Assembly (NCBI RefSeq): GCF_030651755.1 | Contig: NZ_JAUSBZ010000144.1 | Location: 24,907 to 88,906, forward strand | Length of the DNA stretch: 64,000 nt | Source of the DNA: Phenylobacterium sp. | GTDB lineage: Bacteria > Pseudomonadota > Alphaproteobacteria > Caulobacterales > Caulobacteraceae | Direction of reading: 5' to 3' | Shown: positions 53,369 through 63,544 of the stretch, in pieces | Layout: every line of letters begins with the position of its first letter | Position numbering within the stretch: the stretch's first letter is position 1 | Translations under genes and position numbers: made by a program | The notes under the pieces: model-generated | Told to the model about the DNA's origin: nothing | The model's input: only the letters and a program-made list of their open reading frames with translations | Database searches by the model: none

Positions 53369-53848
53369 ATGGCGCTTTCCTCCCATGACGCCTATTCGGC
53401 TGGCGGCGGACGGCGGCGGCGGCGATCGAGCCGACGCGGCGCCCTGTCGGAGATCAATGTCACGCCCCTGGTGGACGTGATGCTGGTGCTGCTGATCGTG
53501 TTCATGATCTCCGCCCCGCTGCTCACGGTCGGTGTGCCGCTGGAACTGCCCAAGACCGAGGCCAGCGCCATCCCCGATCAGTCCGAGCCCCTGACGGTGT
53601 CCGTCCGCGCCGATGGCAGCATCTTCATCGACGAAGAAGAGACCGCCTTCGCCAGCCTGTCGCCCCGCCTCATCGCCATGGCCGGCGGCGTGACCGAGCG
53701 GCCGATCTATGTGCGCGCCGACGGGCGGACAAACTATGGTCTGGTCGCCCAGGTGATGGCCGCCCTGGCCAGTTCGGGCTTCACCTCCATCAACCTGCTC
53801 ACCGAAACCGGCGGCCCTTCGTCGGGCGCGGATCAGGCAGCGCGCTGA
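53369..53848 (+). CDS. tolR: Tol-Pal system protein TolR
   Basis: 159-aa ExbD/TolR protein (EINVTPLVDVMLVLLIVFM, YVRADGRTNYGLV). Confidence 0.9.
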   Translation: MALSSHDAYSAGGGRRRRRSSRRGALSEINVTPLVDVMLVLLIVFMISAPLLTVGVPLELPKTEASAIPDQSEPLTVSVRADGSIFIDEEETAFASLSPRLIAMAGGVTERPIYVRADGRTNYGLVAQVMAALASSGFTSINLLTETGGPSSGADQAAR

Positions 53849-53857
53849 AGGCGACCC

Positions 53858-54772
53858 ATGCGCGGCGAGCGGTCAGACCTGGGCACAGCCCTCATGTTCT
53901 CGGCCATCCTGCACGTGGTGGTGCTTGGGGCTGCGCTGATCCCGTGGCCCTGGGCCCGCGAGCTCAAGGTCGGGACGGTGGTTCCCATCAATATCGTGAG
54001 TTCGATCCCTGCCAATCCCCGCCCGGCCGTACAAGGCCCGCAGGAGCAGACCGCCCAGACCGAGGCGCCCGAGCCCGACGCGCCCCTGGAGGCGCCATCC
54101 GCCGCCCCAGAACCGCAACCCCAGCCTGAGCCGGCGCCGCAGCCGACGCCGCCGCAACCCGCCCCCACGCCGCCGCCGAAGGCGCCGGCCCCAAAGCCCG
54201 CCCCGACGCCGACGCCCAAACCTGCGCCCACCCCGGCGCCGAAGCCGGCCCCAGCCCCGGCTCCGACTCCGGCTCCGGCTCCCACGCCAACGCCCAAGGC
54301 GCCGGCCCCGAAGCCCGCCCCGGCCGCGCCGCCGAAAAAGTCCGACGCCCTGGACCTGGACGCCCTGGCCTCGAGCCTGAAGGGATCGCAAAGCTCGTCC
54401 GCCGCCCGCGGCGCCGCGCGTCCGGAAACCGCCACCCAGGCGCGCCCAACCACAGGCAGCGGCCTGTCCGGCGCCGCCATGTCGGGCCTGGCCGAAGAAC
54501 TGCAGCGCCGGTGGAACCCCAACTGCGAAGTTGAGGCGGCCCGCAATGTCCGGGTCCGCGTCACCTTCCGGCTTGGCAGCGATGGTCGGGTGGTGGGCGA
54601 CGTCCGGGCCGGCGGCCAGGAGACCTCGTCAGACCCCGTCACCCGGGCGGCCGCCGAGCGGGCGATCCGCGCGGTCTATAGCGCCGCCCCCTTCACCACC
54701 CTTCCCAGGGAGTTCTACGGCGACCAGATCGCTGTAAGCTTCAACGCCGCCCAGGCGTGCGCCGACAATTGA
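53858..54772 (+). CDS. tolA: Tol-Pal system protein TolA
   Basis: 304 aa with an N-terminal TM anchor, a long Pro/Ala/Lys-rich spacer and a C-terminal TolA/TonB-like domain. It sits between tolR and tolB. Confidence 0.8.
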   Translation: MRGERSDLGTALMFSAILHVVVLGAALIPWPWARELKVGTVVPINIVSSIPANPRPAVQGPQEQTAQTEAPEPDAPLEAPSAAPEPQPQPEPAPQPTPPQPAPTPPPKAPAPKPAPTPTPKPAPTPAPKPAPAPAPTPAPAPTPTPKAPAPKPAPAAPPKKSDALDLDALASSLKGSQSSSAARGAARPETATQARPTTGSGLSGAAMSGLAEELQRRWNPNCEVEAARNVRVRVTFRLGSDGRVVGDVRAGGQETSSDPVTRAAAERAIRAVYSAAPFTTLPREFYGDQIAVSFNAAQACADN

Positions 54773-54786
54773 GGAGCAACTAGCCC

Positions 54787-56085
54787 ATGCGACTGCGGAT
54801 CCTGTTCGTCGCCCTGACAGCGGCCCTGCTGTCGGTCGGCGCCCTCACAAGCCCCGCCCAGGCCCAGATCGAAGTGGACGTCAATCGCGGGGATATCCAG
54901 CCGCTGCCGGTGGCTGTCCCGGGCTTCCGCGGAGAGCGCGGCGCGGAGATCGCCCAGGTGATCACCAACAATCTGGAGCGATCGGGCCTGTTCCGGCCCA
55001 TTGATCCGGCCGCCTTCATCGAGCGTGACCTGGACATCCGCTATCAGCCCCGTTTCGCCGACTGGAAGACGATCAACGCCCAGGGCCTCGTCAATGGCGA
55101 GGTGACGGTCGACGCCACCGGGCGGCTGACGGTCAATTTCCGCCTCTGGGACGTCTTCGCCGAGCAGCAGCTGCTCGGCATGCAGTTCACCTCCACCTCG
55201 GAAAACTGGCGGCGCGTGGCGCACAAGATTTCGGATGCGGTCTATGAGCGCCTGACCGGCGAGAAGGGCTATTTCGACACCCGCGTGGTCTTCGTGGCCG
55301 AAAGCGGTGGGCGGATCGACCGGGTCAAGCGGCTGGCGATCATGGACCAGGACGGCGCCAATCCCAGCTATCTGACCGACGGCTCCTACATCGTCATGAC
55401 CCCCAGGTTCTCCTCCACCAGCCAGGAGATCACCTATATGGCCCTGCGGCCGGAAGGGTCGTCGATCTACCTGTTCAATCTGGAGACGGGGCGCCGGGAG
55501 AGCCTGGGCTCCTTCAACGGCATGGTTTTCGCCCCGCGTTTCTCCCACGACGGGGGCAAGGTGGCCTTTTCGGTGGAGCGGGGGGGTAATACCGACATTC
55601 ATGTGATGGACCTGCGCAGCCGCTCCACAAGCCGTCTGACCACTGACCCCTCCATCGACACCTCGCCCTCCTTCTCCCCCGATGGCCGGCAGATCACCTT
55701 CAACTCCGACCGGGGGGGGAGCCCGCAGCTCTATGTTATGAACGCCGACGGATCAGGAGAGCGGCGGATTTCCTTTGGCGCAGGCCGGTATATGACGCCG
55801 GTCTGGAGCCCCACCGGGGAGTTCATCGCCTTCACCAAGCAGGCGGGCGGGCGATTCCACATCGGCGTGATGCGTCCCGACGGGTCGGGGGAGCGCCTGC
55901 TGACCACCAGCTACCTGGACGAAGGCCCCACCTGGGCCCCCAATGGCAGAGTTTTGATGTTCTCCCGTGAAACGCCTGGTGGAGCTGCGCGTTTGTGGAC
56001 GGTTGACGTGACGGGACGCATCGTGCGGCCGGCGCCCTACCCCCAATCGGGGTCGGATCCGGCCTGGTCGCCGCTACTCAACTGA
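54787..56085 (+). CDS. tolB: Tol-Pal system beta-propeller protein TolB
   Basis: 432 aa with a signal peptide and repeated propeller motifs ([52 protein letters not shown]). Confidence 0.95.
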   Translation: MRLRILFVALTAALLSVGALTSPAQAQIEVDVNRGDIQPLPVAVPGFRGERGAEIAQVITNNLERSGLFRPIDPAAFIERDLDIRYQPRFADWKTINAQGLVNGEVTVDATGRLTVNFRLWDVFAEQQLLGMQFTSTSENWRRVAHKISDAVYERLTGEKGYFDTRVVFVAESGGRIDRVKRLAIMDQDGANPSYLTDGSYIVMTPRFSSTSQEITYMALRPEGSSIYLFNLETGRRESLGSFNGMVFAPRFSHDGGKVAFSVERGGNTDIHVMDLRSRSTSRLTTDPSIDTSPSFSPDGRQITFNSDRGGSPQLYVMNADGSGERRISFGAGRYMTPVWSPTGEFIAFTKQAGGRFHIGVMRPDGSGERLLTTSYLDEGPTWAPNGRVLMFSRETPGGAARLWTVDVTGRIVRPAPYPQSGSDPAWSPLLN

Positions 56086-56220
56086 TAAGTGAATGTAGGA
56101 GCAGGCGATTAGTATTGTTGGCCTAGTTCAGAGTCGCCATAAAGCCAATGCGCAGATCCATTGTCTTCGGCGCTTGGCGCGCCGCCCGTCGGAAACGTTG
56201 AACAAGGAAATAACTTCGAA

Positions 56221-56769
56221 ATGACCACATCTTCCATCACCAAGCGCGCCGCCCAGTTCGCGGTGATCGCTCTGGCCGCAGCCTCCGTCACCGCCTGCGC
56301 CTCGCGTCCGCAACCCACGACCCCTGCGCCGGGTCCGACGGGCCCGCCGCCCAGCACCCAGCCTTCGACGCCGGCCCCGCCGGTCAGCCAAGGCGCTCTG
56401 CCCGGCACCCAGCAGGACTTCGTGATCAATGTCGGCGATCGGGTCTATTTTGACTTCGACTCCTACTCGGTCCGTTCGGACGCCGCTCCGGTCCTGGAAG
56501 CCCAGGCCGCCTGGCTGAACCGCTATCCGGCCGTCATGATCCGCCTCGAAGGCAATGCCGACGAACGCGGCACCCGTGAATACAACCTGGCCCTGGGCGC
56601 CCGTCGCGCCAACGCCGTGCGGGACTTCCTGGTGTCCCGCGGCGTGTCCTCCAGCCGGATCACCACCGTGTCCTACGGCAAGGAACGTCCGATCGATCCG
56701 GGTACTTCGGAAGACGCTTACCAGCGCAACCGGAACGCCCACACCGCGATCACCTCTGGCGCCCGCTAG
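56221..56769 (+). CDS. pal: peptidoglycan-associated lipoprotein Pal
   Basis: I trimmed to the ATG at 56221 (MTTSSITKRAAQFAVIALAAASVTAC lipobox). OmpA-like domain: VYFDFDSYSVRSDA...LEGNADERGTREYNLALGARRA. Confidence 0.93.
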   Translation: MTTSSITKRAAQFAVIALAAASVTACASRPQPTTPAPGPTGPPPSTQPSTPAPPVSQGALPGTQQDFVINVGDRVYFDFDSYSVRSDAAPVLEAQAAWLNRYPAVMIRLEGNADERGTREYNLALGARRANAVRDFLVSRGVSSSRITTVSYGKERPIDPGTSEDAYQRNRNAHTAITSGAR

Positions 56770-56792
56770 GCGCGCTCAAGGTCTCTGACAGC

Positions 56793-56823
56793 GAGAGGGG
56801 ATCCCTTCGGGGGTCCCCTCTTT
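56793..56823 (+). terminator. Rho-independent terminator after pal
   Basis: GAGGGGATCCC (56795-56805), a TTCG tetraloop, GGGGTCCCCTC (56810-56820), then TTTG. The stem is 11 bp with one G-U, starting 26 nt after the pal TAG. Confidence 0.7.
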
Positions 56824-56925
56824 GCTGCCGGGTCGACGTCCAGGCCATTGGCGCCGCGGAACGTCCGGCCCATGATGCGTCAAGCGCCGCAATTTCGGCC
56901 TTTCGGCCCCCTAGATGATTTGACC

Positions 56926-57795
56926 ATGACCCATCGCCGACGCATCGCCCTGTCCGCCGCCCTGGCCCTCTCCCTGACCCTTGTGGGTCCGATGGCCGCG
57001 CCGATCGCCCTGGCCCAGACCTCCATGAGCGATCCCCTGGACGCTCGGGACGCCCGCCGGGTCGAACGCATGGAGCAGGTGGTGCGCGAACTGCGCGCCA
57101 TCGTCTTTCAGGGACGTGACACCGGCCGTCCGGTGGTGGTGCAACCGGCCGAGACCGACTACCGGATCGAGGAGTTGAACCGTCGGCTGACCGATCTGGA
57201 AAGCGTCATCACCCGCCTGACCGGACAGATCGAGACCACCAATTTCGAACTGCGGCAGAGCCGGGACAAGACCACCGCCCTGGAAAACCAGCTGGCGGCG
57301 ATGAACCAGAAGATCGCAGCCCTCGAAGTCTTTACTGGCGTCCCCCCGACCGGGGGCGGCGGGACTCCGTCCAGCTTCTCCGGCCCGCCGCCCACCGCCT
57401 CTGGCGGCGGCTCGCCGCAGGCTGATTTCGACCGGGCCCGGGGCCTGATGCTCAGCGGCGACTACAGCGCCGCTGAAGCCGCCTTCGAGACCTTTGTTGG
57501 TCGTCATGGCAATGCGGGCCTGGCCCCCGAGGCCAACTACTGGCTGGGCAAGACGCTCGTGGTGCGCGGCGCCGACGCCGAGGCCGCCAGCGCCTTCATC
57601 GCCGCCATCCGTGGCTGGCCGACCACCGCCTGGGCGCCCGACGCGGTGCTGGAGCTTTCACGTTCGCTGATCGCGCTGGGCCGCAGCAGCGAGGCCTGTC
57701 AGACCTTGAGCGAACTGGGCCGGCGCTATCCCGCGGCCGCGCCCTCGATCCAATCCCGGGCCGCAGCGGCGCGAACCCAGGCCCGGTGCGGCTGA
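56926..57795 (+). CDS. cpoB: Tol-Pal system protein CpoB/YbgF
   Basis: I trimmed to the ATG at 56926, which gives a signal peptide ending ALAQ. It has a coiled-coil N-domain and C-terminal TPR-like repeats (ANYWLGKTL...). It is in the conserved position after pal. Confidence 0.8.
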   Translation: MTHRRRIALSAALALSLTLVGPMAAPIALAQTSMSDPLDARDARRVERMEQVVRELRAIVFQGRDTGRPVVVQPAETDYRIEELNRRLTDLESVITRLTGQIETTNFELRQSRDKTTALENQLAAMNQKIAALEVFTGVPPTGGGGTPSSFSGPPPTASGGGSPQADFDRARGLMLSGDYSAAEAAFETFVGRHGNAGLAPEANYWLGKTLVVRGADAEAASAFIAAIRGWPTTAWAPDAVLELSRSLIALGRSSEACQTLSELGRRYPAAAPSIQSRAAAARTQARCG

Positions 57796-59069
57796 GCCCT
57801 CAGCCGGAGCGACCTCGGGACTTCGCCGCCGCGGACGTCCTCCTTGATGCGCATCTGAGCCCGACATCGGCGGCCCCCCTGGCGGTCGCCTATTCCGGAG
57901 GGGGCGACAGCCTGGCCCTGTTGCTTGCGGTGGCGGCCTGGAGCCGCCCCCTGGGCCGGCGTGTGATCGTTCTCCACGTAGATCATGGCCTGCAAGCCGC
58001 CTCCGGCGCCTGGGTCGAGCATTGCCGTCAGACCGCCGAAGCCCTGGGCCTGCCCTTTCAGGCGCTCGCCTGGACGGGCGACAAGCCCGAGCGGGGCCTT
58101 CCGGCCGCCGCCCGCGCCGCCCGCCACAGCCTGCTCGCCCAGGCCGCCCGGGCGAAGGGCGCCAGGGTGCTGCTCATGGGCCATACCGCCGATGATGTGC
58201 TCGAGGCCCGGCAGATGCGGCGGGATGGCGCCACCACGCCCGAGCCCCGCCCCTGGGGTCCCAGCCCGGCCTGGCCGGAGGGACGGGACCTGTTCATCCT
58301 CCGCCCCCTGCTGAGATCCACCCGAGCAGACCTCCGCGCTCACCTGCGCCGACAGCCACTGACCTGGATCGAGGACCCCGCCAATCTTGACCCGACCTAT
58401 GCGCGATCCCGCGCCCGGGCGCATCTGGCGCAGACGCCCAGCCCCATGGGGGAGCCAGCCGCCCGCGCTGCGGACCTTCGACCGCTGGCCCGGATCGCCC
58501 GCCATGACGCCACAGGGACGATCGTCTGGGACCGACGGGCGGTCAGGTCCGCGACGTCTACAGACCTCGCCCGGATGGTGGCTGTGGCCTGTCTCTGCGC
58601 CGCAGGGGGCGTGCGGCCGCCGCGACGCGGAGCCGTGGACCGGATTGTCACTCGGCTCGCCGCCGATGGGGACTTCGTCGCCACCCTGGCCGGGGCGCGC
58701 ATCGTCGCTGACTCCAGGGTGTTGCAGGTGTCTCGGGAGGCCGGAGAGGCGGCCCGCGGGGGCCTGGCGACAGTTACGCTCGCCCCGGGCGTCAGCCTGG
58801 TGTGGGATGGCCGGTTCGAGGTGGTGAGCGACCATCCAGGCTGGAGTATCGGCCCCCTGGCCGGACGGATGAGCGCCCTGGCCCCCGCATCGCGTCAGGC
58901 GCTCAGATCAGTCCTGCCCGCCCTGCGGCGGGCGCTTCCGGCGCTGATCTCTCCGGAGGGCGAGGTCGTGCTGGCCGCGCCTGGTATCGCGGTTCAGGGG
59001 CTGGTCCAGGCGAGGTTCGACGCCGCCTCGGGTCTGATAGCGCAGGAACCCAATGAGGCGGCCGACTGA
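57786..59069 (+). CDS. tilS: tRNA(Ile)-lysidine synthetase TilS
   Basis: 427 aa. PP-loop motif AVAYSGGGDSLAL, GHTADD, and the conserved position downstream of the tol-pal cluster. Confidence 0.8.
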   Translation: MRLSPQPERPRDFAAADVLLDAHLSPTSAAPLAVAYSGGGDSLALLLAVAAWSRPLGRRVIVLHVDHGLQAASGAWVEHCRQTAEALGLPFQALAWTGDKPERGLPAAARAARHSLLAQAARAKGARVLLMGHTADDVLEARQMRRDGATTPEPRPWGPSPAWPEGRDLFILRPLLRSTRADLRAHLRRQPLTWIEDPANLDPTYARSRARAHLAQTPSPMGEPAARAADLRPLARIARHDATGTIVWDRRAVRSATSTDLARMVAVACLCAAGGVRPPRRGAVDRIVTRLAADGDFVATLAGARIVADSRVLQVSREAGEAARGGLATVTLAPGVSLVWDGRFEVVSDHPGWSIGPLAGRMSALAPASRQALRSVLPALRRALPALISPEGEVVLAAPGIAVQGLVQARFDAASGLIAQEPNEAAD

Positions 59070-59077
59070 AAGCCCGA

Positions 59078-60493
59078 TCAGAGCGACTTGAGAATGCCCT
59101 CGACCATCTTCTTGGCGTCGCCGAACAGCATCATGGTGTTGTCGCGGAAGAAGAGCTCGTTATCGACGCCGGCATAGCCCGAGCTCATGCCGCGCTTCAC
59201 GAACAGGACCGTGCGCGCCTTCTCCACGTCGAGGATCGGCATGCCGTAGATGGCTGAGGTGGGATCGGTCTTGGCCGCCGGGTTGGTGACGTCATTGGCG
59301 CCGATGACGAAGGCGACGTCGGCGGTGGAGAATTCCGAATTGATGTCCTCCAGCTCGAAGACCTCGTCATAGGAGACCTGGGCCTCGGCCAGCAGCACGT
59401 TCATGTGGCCGGGCATGCGGCCGGCCACCGGGTGGATGGCGTATTTCACCTCGACGCCTTCGGCCTTCAGGACATCGCCCATCTCGCGCAGGGCGTGCTG
59501 GGCCTGGGAGACAGCCATGCCGTAGCCCGGGACGATGATCACCTTGCTGGCGTTCTTCATGATGAAGGCGGCGTCCTCGGCCGAGCCCTGCTTGACCGGC
59601 CGGGTCTCGACGTGGCCGCCGGCGGCCGCGGCGCTGTCGTCGGCGCCGAAGCCCCCCAGGATCACCGAGATGAAGGACCGGTTCATGCCCTTGCACATGA
59701 TGTAGGACAGGATCGCGCCGGACGAGCCCACCAGGGCGCCGGTGATGATCAGGGTGGTGTTCTCAAGCGTGAAGCCCAGGGCCGCGGCGGCCCACCCCGA
59801 ATAGGAGTTCAGCATCGAGACGACGACGGGCATGTCGGCGCCGCCGATGGGGATGATCAGGGTGATCCCGATCAGCAGGGCCAGCGCGAAAATGCCCCAG
59901 AAGGCCCAGACAGCCGCGCCGCCGCTGACCACCAGCACCACCACCAGGGCGACGATGCCCACGGCGATGGCCAGGTTCAGCAGGTGCCGGGCCGGCAGCA
60001 GGATGGGGGCGCCGGACATGTTGCCGTTCAGCTTGGCGAAGGCGATCACCGAGCCGGTGAAGGTCACCGCACCGATAGCCAGGCCCAGCGACAGCTCGAT
60101 CAGGGAGATCAAGTGGATTTCGCCGGCCACGCCGATCCCATAGGCCTCAGGCGTATAGATGGCCGCCACCGCCACCAGACAGGCGGCCAGGCCGACCAGG
60201 CTGTGGAAGGCCGCCACCAGCTGCGGCATCGACGTCATGGGCACCTTGCGGGCGATCACCGCGCCGATCCCGCCGCCGATGGCCACGCCGCCGAGGATCA
60301 GGGCCAGGGTCAGGACATCCAGGGCGCCCTGCCCCAGCAGGGTCGCCATCACTGTGCCGACGGCGATGGCCATGCCGATCATGCCGTTGCGGTTGCCCGC
60401 CCGGCTGGTCTCGGGACTGGAAAGGCCGCGCAGGGCCAGGATGAAGAGCACCCCGGACACGAGGTAGAGAATGGCCGCGAGATTGGCGTTCAT
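59078..60493 (-). CDS. pntB: NAD(P) transhydrogenase subunit beta
   Basis: 471 aa with a multi-TM N-terminal part and a C-terminal NADP(H) domain (VIIVPGYGMAVSQAQH, GRMPGHMNVLLAEA, VIGANDVTNP). Confidence 0.96.
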   Translation of the reverse strand: MNANLAAILYLVSGVLFILALRGLSSPETSRAGNRNGMIGMAIAVGTVMATLLGQGALDVLTLALILGGVAIGGGIGAVIARKVPMTSMPQLVAAFHSLVGLAACLVAVAAIYTPEAYGIGVAGEIHLISLIELSLGLAIGAVTFTGSVIAFAKLNGNMSGAPILLPARHLLNLAIAVGIVALVVVLVVSGGAAVWAFWGIFALALLIGITLIIPIGGADMPVVVSMLNSYSGWAAAALGFTLENTTLIITGALVGSSGAILSYIMCKGMNRSFISVILGGFGADDSAAAAGGHVETRPVKQGSAEDAAFIMKNASKVIIVPGYGMAVSQAQHALREMGDVLKAEGVEVKYAIHPVAGRMPGHMNVLLAEAQVSYDEVFELEDINSEFSTADVAFVIGANDVTNPAAKTDPTSAIYGMPILDVEKARTVLFVKRGMSSGYAGVDNELFFRDNTMMLFGDAKKMVEGILKSL

Positions 60494-60516
60494 GGTGTTG
60501 CCCCCTTAAGCCGGCT

Positions 60517-60837
60517 CTACTTCTGCTTCTTCTTGTACATGGCGAGCATGCGCTGGGTGACCAGGAAGCCCCCGAAGATGTTCACTGCCGCCAACGCTGC
60601 AGCCAGGGCGCCTGCGCCCTTGGAGATCATCACGCTGCCGCTTAAGGCCGCGCCCTCGACGCCGTGGGCCGCGGCCGCCAGCAGGGCGCCGACGATGATC
60701 ACCGAGGAAATGGCGTTGGTCACCGCCATCAGCGGCGTGTGCAGGGCCGGCGTTACGCTCCAGACCACGTAATAGCCGACAAAGATGGCGAGCACGAAGA
60801 TCGCCAGGCGGAAGACGGTGGGATCGACAGCTTCCAT
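60517..60837 (-). CDS. pntAB: NAD(P) transhydrogenase subunit alpha, part 2 (membrane)
   Basis: 106-aa, 3-TM protein ([27 protein letters not shown]). It sits between the alpha-1 and beta genes. Confidence 0.9.
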   Translation of the reverse strand: MEAVDPTVFRLAIFVLAIFVGYYVVWSVTPALHTPLMAVTNAISSVIIVGALLAAAAHGVEGAALSGSVMISKGAGALAAALAAVNIFGGFLVTQRMLAMYKKKQK

Positions 60838-60861
60838 GGGGGTCGTCCTCTCTCTATCGGG

Positions 60862-61989
60862 TCAGCTGGCCAGGGCGGGGTGAACCACCGCCCCGCCGCG
60901 GGTCACCAGGGCGGCCTTGAGAATCTCATCCTCGTAGTCAGGGGCGAAAGCGCCCTCCTTGTCGAGGAACAGGCCGGCGAAGGCGAACAGGTTGCGGGCG
61001 TACAGGGCCGAGGCGTCGGCGGCGATCCGCCCGGGCAGATTGGCGTAGCCGACGATCTTCACGCCGCCCGTTTCCACGACCTCGCCCGCCACCGCGCCCT
61101 CGACATTGCCGCCCTGCTCGACGGCCAGGTCAACGATGACAGAGCCCGGACGCATGGAGGCGACCTGGTCGGCGCTGATCAGCCGAGGCGCGGGACGTCC
61201 AGGAATCAGGGCGGTGGTGATGACCAGGTCCTGCTTGCGGATGTGTTCGGAGACCAGAGCGGCCTGCTTGGCCTGGTATTCGGCGCTCATTTCCTTGGCG
61301 TAGCCGGCGGCGGTCTCGGCGGCCTTGAACTCTTCGTCCTCCACGGCGATGAATTTGGCGCCCAGGCTCTCCACCTGCTCCTTGGAGGCCGGGCGCACGT
61401 CAGTGGCGGTGACCACCGCCCCCAGGCGCCGGGCTGTGGCGATGGCCTGCAGGCCAGCGACGCCGGCGCCCATGACGAAGACCTTGGCGGCGGCGACAGT
61501 GCCGGCCGCGGTCATCATCATCGGCATGACCTTGCCATAGGCGTTGGCGGCTTCCAGCACCGCCCGGTAGCCCGCCAGATTGGCCTGGGAGGACAGCACG
61601 TCCATCACCTGGGCGCGGGTGATCCGCGGCACGAACTCCATGGTGAATGCAGAGACCCCCTTGGCGGCCAGGGCCTGCAGGGTCGCCTTGTCCTGGTGGG
61701 GGTTGAGCATGCCGACGACGATGGCCTCGGCCCTGAGCCCGGCGATTTCGGCCTCTGTCGGTCCGCGCACCTTGAACAGCACGTCAGCCTTGGCCAGGGC
61801 GGCGCCAAGATCGGCCAGGTCTGCGCCGGCTGCGGCGTAGTCAGCGTCGGGATAGGAGGAGGTCTCGCCGGCCCCGCTTTCCACGATCACCGCAAAGCCG
61901 GCGGCGATCAGCTTCTTCACCGTATCTGGCGTCATGGCGACACGGGTCTCCCCGGCGCGGCGTTCCTTGGTGACGGCGATGACGGCCAT
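60862..61989 (-). CDS. pntAA: NAD(P) transhydrogenase subunit alpha, part 1 (dI)
   Basis: 375-aa alanine-dehydrogenase-like dI domain (ETRVAMTPD, VMGAGVAGLQAIATA). Confidence 0.95.
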   Translation of the reverse strand: MAVIAVTKERRAGETRVAMTPDTVKKLIAAGFAVIVESGAGETSSYPDADYAAAGADLADLGAALAKADVLFKVRGPTEAEIAGLRAEAIVVGMLNPHQDKATLQALAAKGVSAFTMEFVPRITRAQVMDVLSSQANLAGYRAVLEAANAYGKVMPMMMTAAGTVAAAKVFVMGAGVAGLQAIATARRLGAVVTATDVRPASKEQVESLGAKFIAVEDEEFKAAETAAGYAKEMSAEYQAKQAALVSEHIRKQDLVITTALIPGRPAPRLISADQVASMRPGSVIVDLAVEQGGNVEGAVAGEVVETGGVKIVGYANLPGRIAADASALYARNLFAFAGLFLDKEGAFAPDYEDEILKAALVTRGGAVVHPALAS

Positions 61990-62176
61990 GGTCGAGGTCC
62001 CCCCGGTCGGAAAATCCGGCGGACCTTAGGGATGTCAGTGGCGCCTTGTCCAGAAATCGATCAGCGATTTCCAAACGGATGTTTAAGGCGCCAGGTCTCA
62101 AACGGTTTGGGCATGCGAACGCCGCCCGCGCCGTACGACGGGGGCGGCGGTCATTTCGCCAAGATCTCAACGATGT

Positions 62177-62416
62177 TTAGTGGGCCTGGCCGGGCTTTTC
62201 GCGCAGCAGCAGGACGCCGAGCACGGCGGTCACGACGGCCGAGATCAGGCCGGCCATGAAGCCGCCCGGGGTGCAGAACCACACAATGAACAGCAGCAGG
62301 ACGCTGACGAGGGCCAGAGAGCCCCACTTGGTCAGGCCCATGAACAGGTTGTAGGTCGCAACCTGCTCCTGGATTTCCATTTCGCCGCGGTGATAGTCGG
62401 AAGCCTGTTCGCCCAT
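62177..62416 (-). CDS. aa3-type cytochrome c oxidase subunit IV-like small membrane protein
   Basis: 79 aa. DYHRGEMEIQEQVATYNLFMGLTKWGSL closely resembles my recollection of Paracoccus subunit IV (HGEMDIRHQQATF...). It has one or two TM helices. Confidence 0.65.
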   Translation of the reverse strand: MGEQASDYHRGEMEIQEQVATYNLFMGLTKWGSLALVSVLLLFIVWFCTPGGFMAGLISAVVTAVLGVLLLREKPGQAH

Positions 62417-62481
62417 GGCGGCCGGGTCTCTCTCTTACGGAACCTGATTGACTGCGGTGCTACACGAGAGCGCGCGCCGGC

Positions 62482-63540
62482 TCAAGATGGCCATACCGCC
62501 AGCAGCGTTCGCAGCGCCGCGACCAGCGCCAGGGGCTGATCGACCATCACATGATGGTTGGCGTTAGGAATGGCGATCTCGATCATGTCCTTAGGCAGGG
62601 GATTGGGCCGGCTGTCCTGGCGCCTCGCGATCACCTGCGATTCTTCCCCATGGATGTGGGCGACGGGCACCTGGACCTTAGGCGGGCCTTCGGTGACCAG
62701 GGCGTTCATGGCGCTGCGGTCGAGCTTGTTCCACATGGCCGGGTCGAACATCCAGGTCCAGCCTTCGCCGGACCCGTCCTCCAGCGGCGCCCGTTTCAGG
62801 GAGCGGCGGGCGATGAAATCGGCGACGAACAGGTGTCCGGCGGCCTGGGGGGGCATGAAGCGGAAGCGGGCAAGCGCCTGTTCCAGATTCGCATAGACCC
62901 GCTTGGGACGGTCGGTGGTGGGGATGTTGCGCACCTGCTCCATGCGGCGCTCCATCTCCTCGCGCTCCTTGGGCGGCGGGCCGCCAAAGCCGGTGTCGAC
63001 CAGCACGGCGGCGTGCATGCGCTCAGGATAGCGGCTGGCGGCGTAGAAGACCTGGGAGCCGCCGAAGGAGTGGCCGATATAGACCGGCTTGCGGCCGCCG
63101 TCATAGAGACCCGTCGCCTTCGCCACCGCCTCGGCGTCCTCGGCGAAGTCCTGGAAGGCGTAGCTCTCCCGCCAGTCCGAAGCGCCCATGCCGGCCAGGG
63201 ACATCGACGCCACCCGGTAGTCCTCAGCCAGATAGGGGGCGATGAAGCTCCACCAGTCGGCATGGGCGCTGTTGCCATGGACCAGCAGCAGGCCGGGCTT
63301 GCCCACCTCGCCCCAGGTCAGCACCTCGATCTGGGTGCCGAGCGAGGTGACGAAGCCGCGCTGGGGCTCTTTGGCGATGGCCGCCTCGAACCAGGCCGGG
63401 GCCGGCGGCTTCTCGCCCTTAAAGGGGGCCAGCGGCGCCTGAATTTCCGGCGGCAGTTCGCCGGGCTTGGTGGGGACTGGCCGGTCGTCCTCGAACTCGG
63501 CGGCGGCCACGGCGGGGGGGGTCTTGCTCTGGTCGGTCAT
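62482..63540 (-). CDS. alpha/beta hydrolase
   Basis: 352 aa. LLVHGNSAHADWW, nucleophile elbow IGHSFGG, and a C-terminal NANHHVMVDQP. Confidence 0.85.
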   Translation of the reverse strand: MTDQSKTPPAVAAAEFEDDRPVPTKPGELPPEIQAPLAPFKGEKPPAPAWFEAAIAKEPQRGFVTSLGTQIEVLTWGEVGKPGLLLVHGNSAHADWWSFIAPYLAEDYRVASMSLAGMGASDWRESYAFQDFAEDAEAVAKATGLYDGGRKPVYIGHSFGGSQVFYAASRYPERMHAAVLVDTGFGGPPPKEREEMERRMEQVRNIPTTDRPKRVYANLEQALARFRFMPPQAAGHLFVADFIARRSLKRAPLEDGSGEGWTWMFDPAMWNKLDRSAMNALVTEGPPKVQVPVAHIHGEESQVIARRQDSRPNPLPKDMIEIAIPNANHHVMVDQPLALVAALRTLLAVWPS

Positions 63541-63544
63541 GGGG

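Noticed and set aside
54050-54340. Repetitive DNA (CCGGCGCCGAAGCC-type units) that might look like a tandem repeat or array
   Set aside because: It encodes the Pro/Ala/Lys-rich spacer of TolA (PAPKPAPTPTPKPAP...). This is in-frame low-complexity coding sequence, not a CRISPR array or satellite.
62120-62149. GC hairpin (CGCCGCCC / GGGCGGCG) downstream of the CoxIV-like gene as a terminator
   Set aside because: It has only an 8-bp stem with a 14-nt loop and no U-tract on the relevant (minus) strand. It is too weak to annotate.
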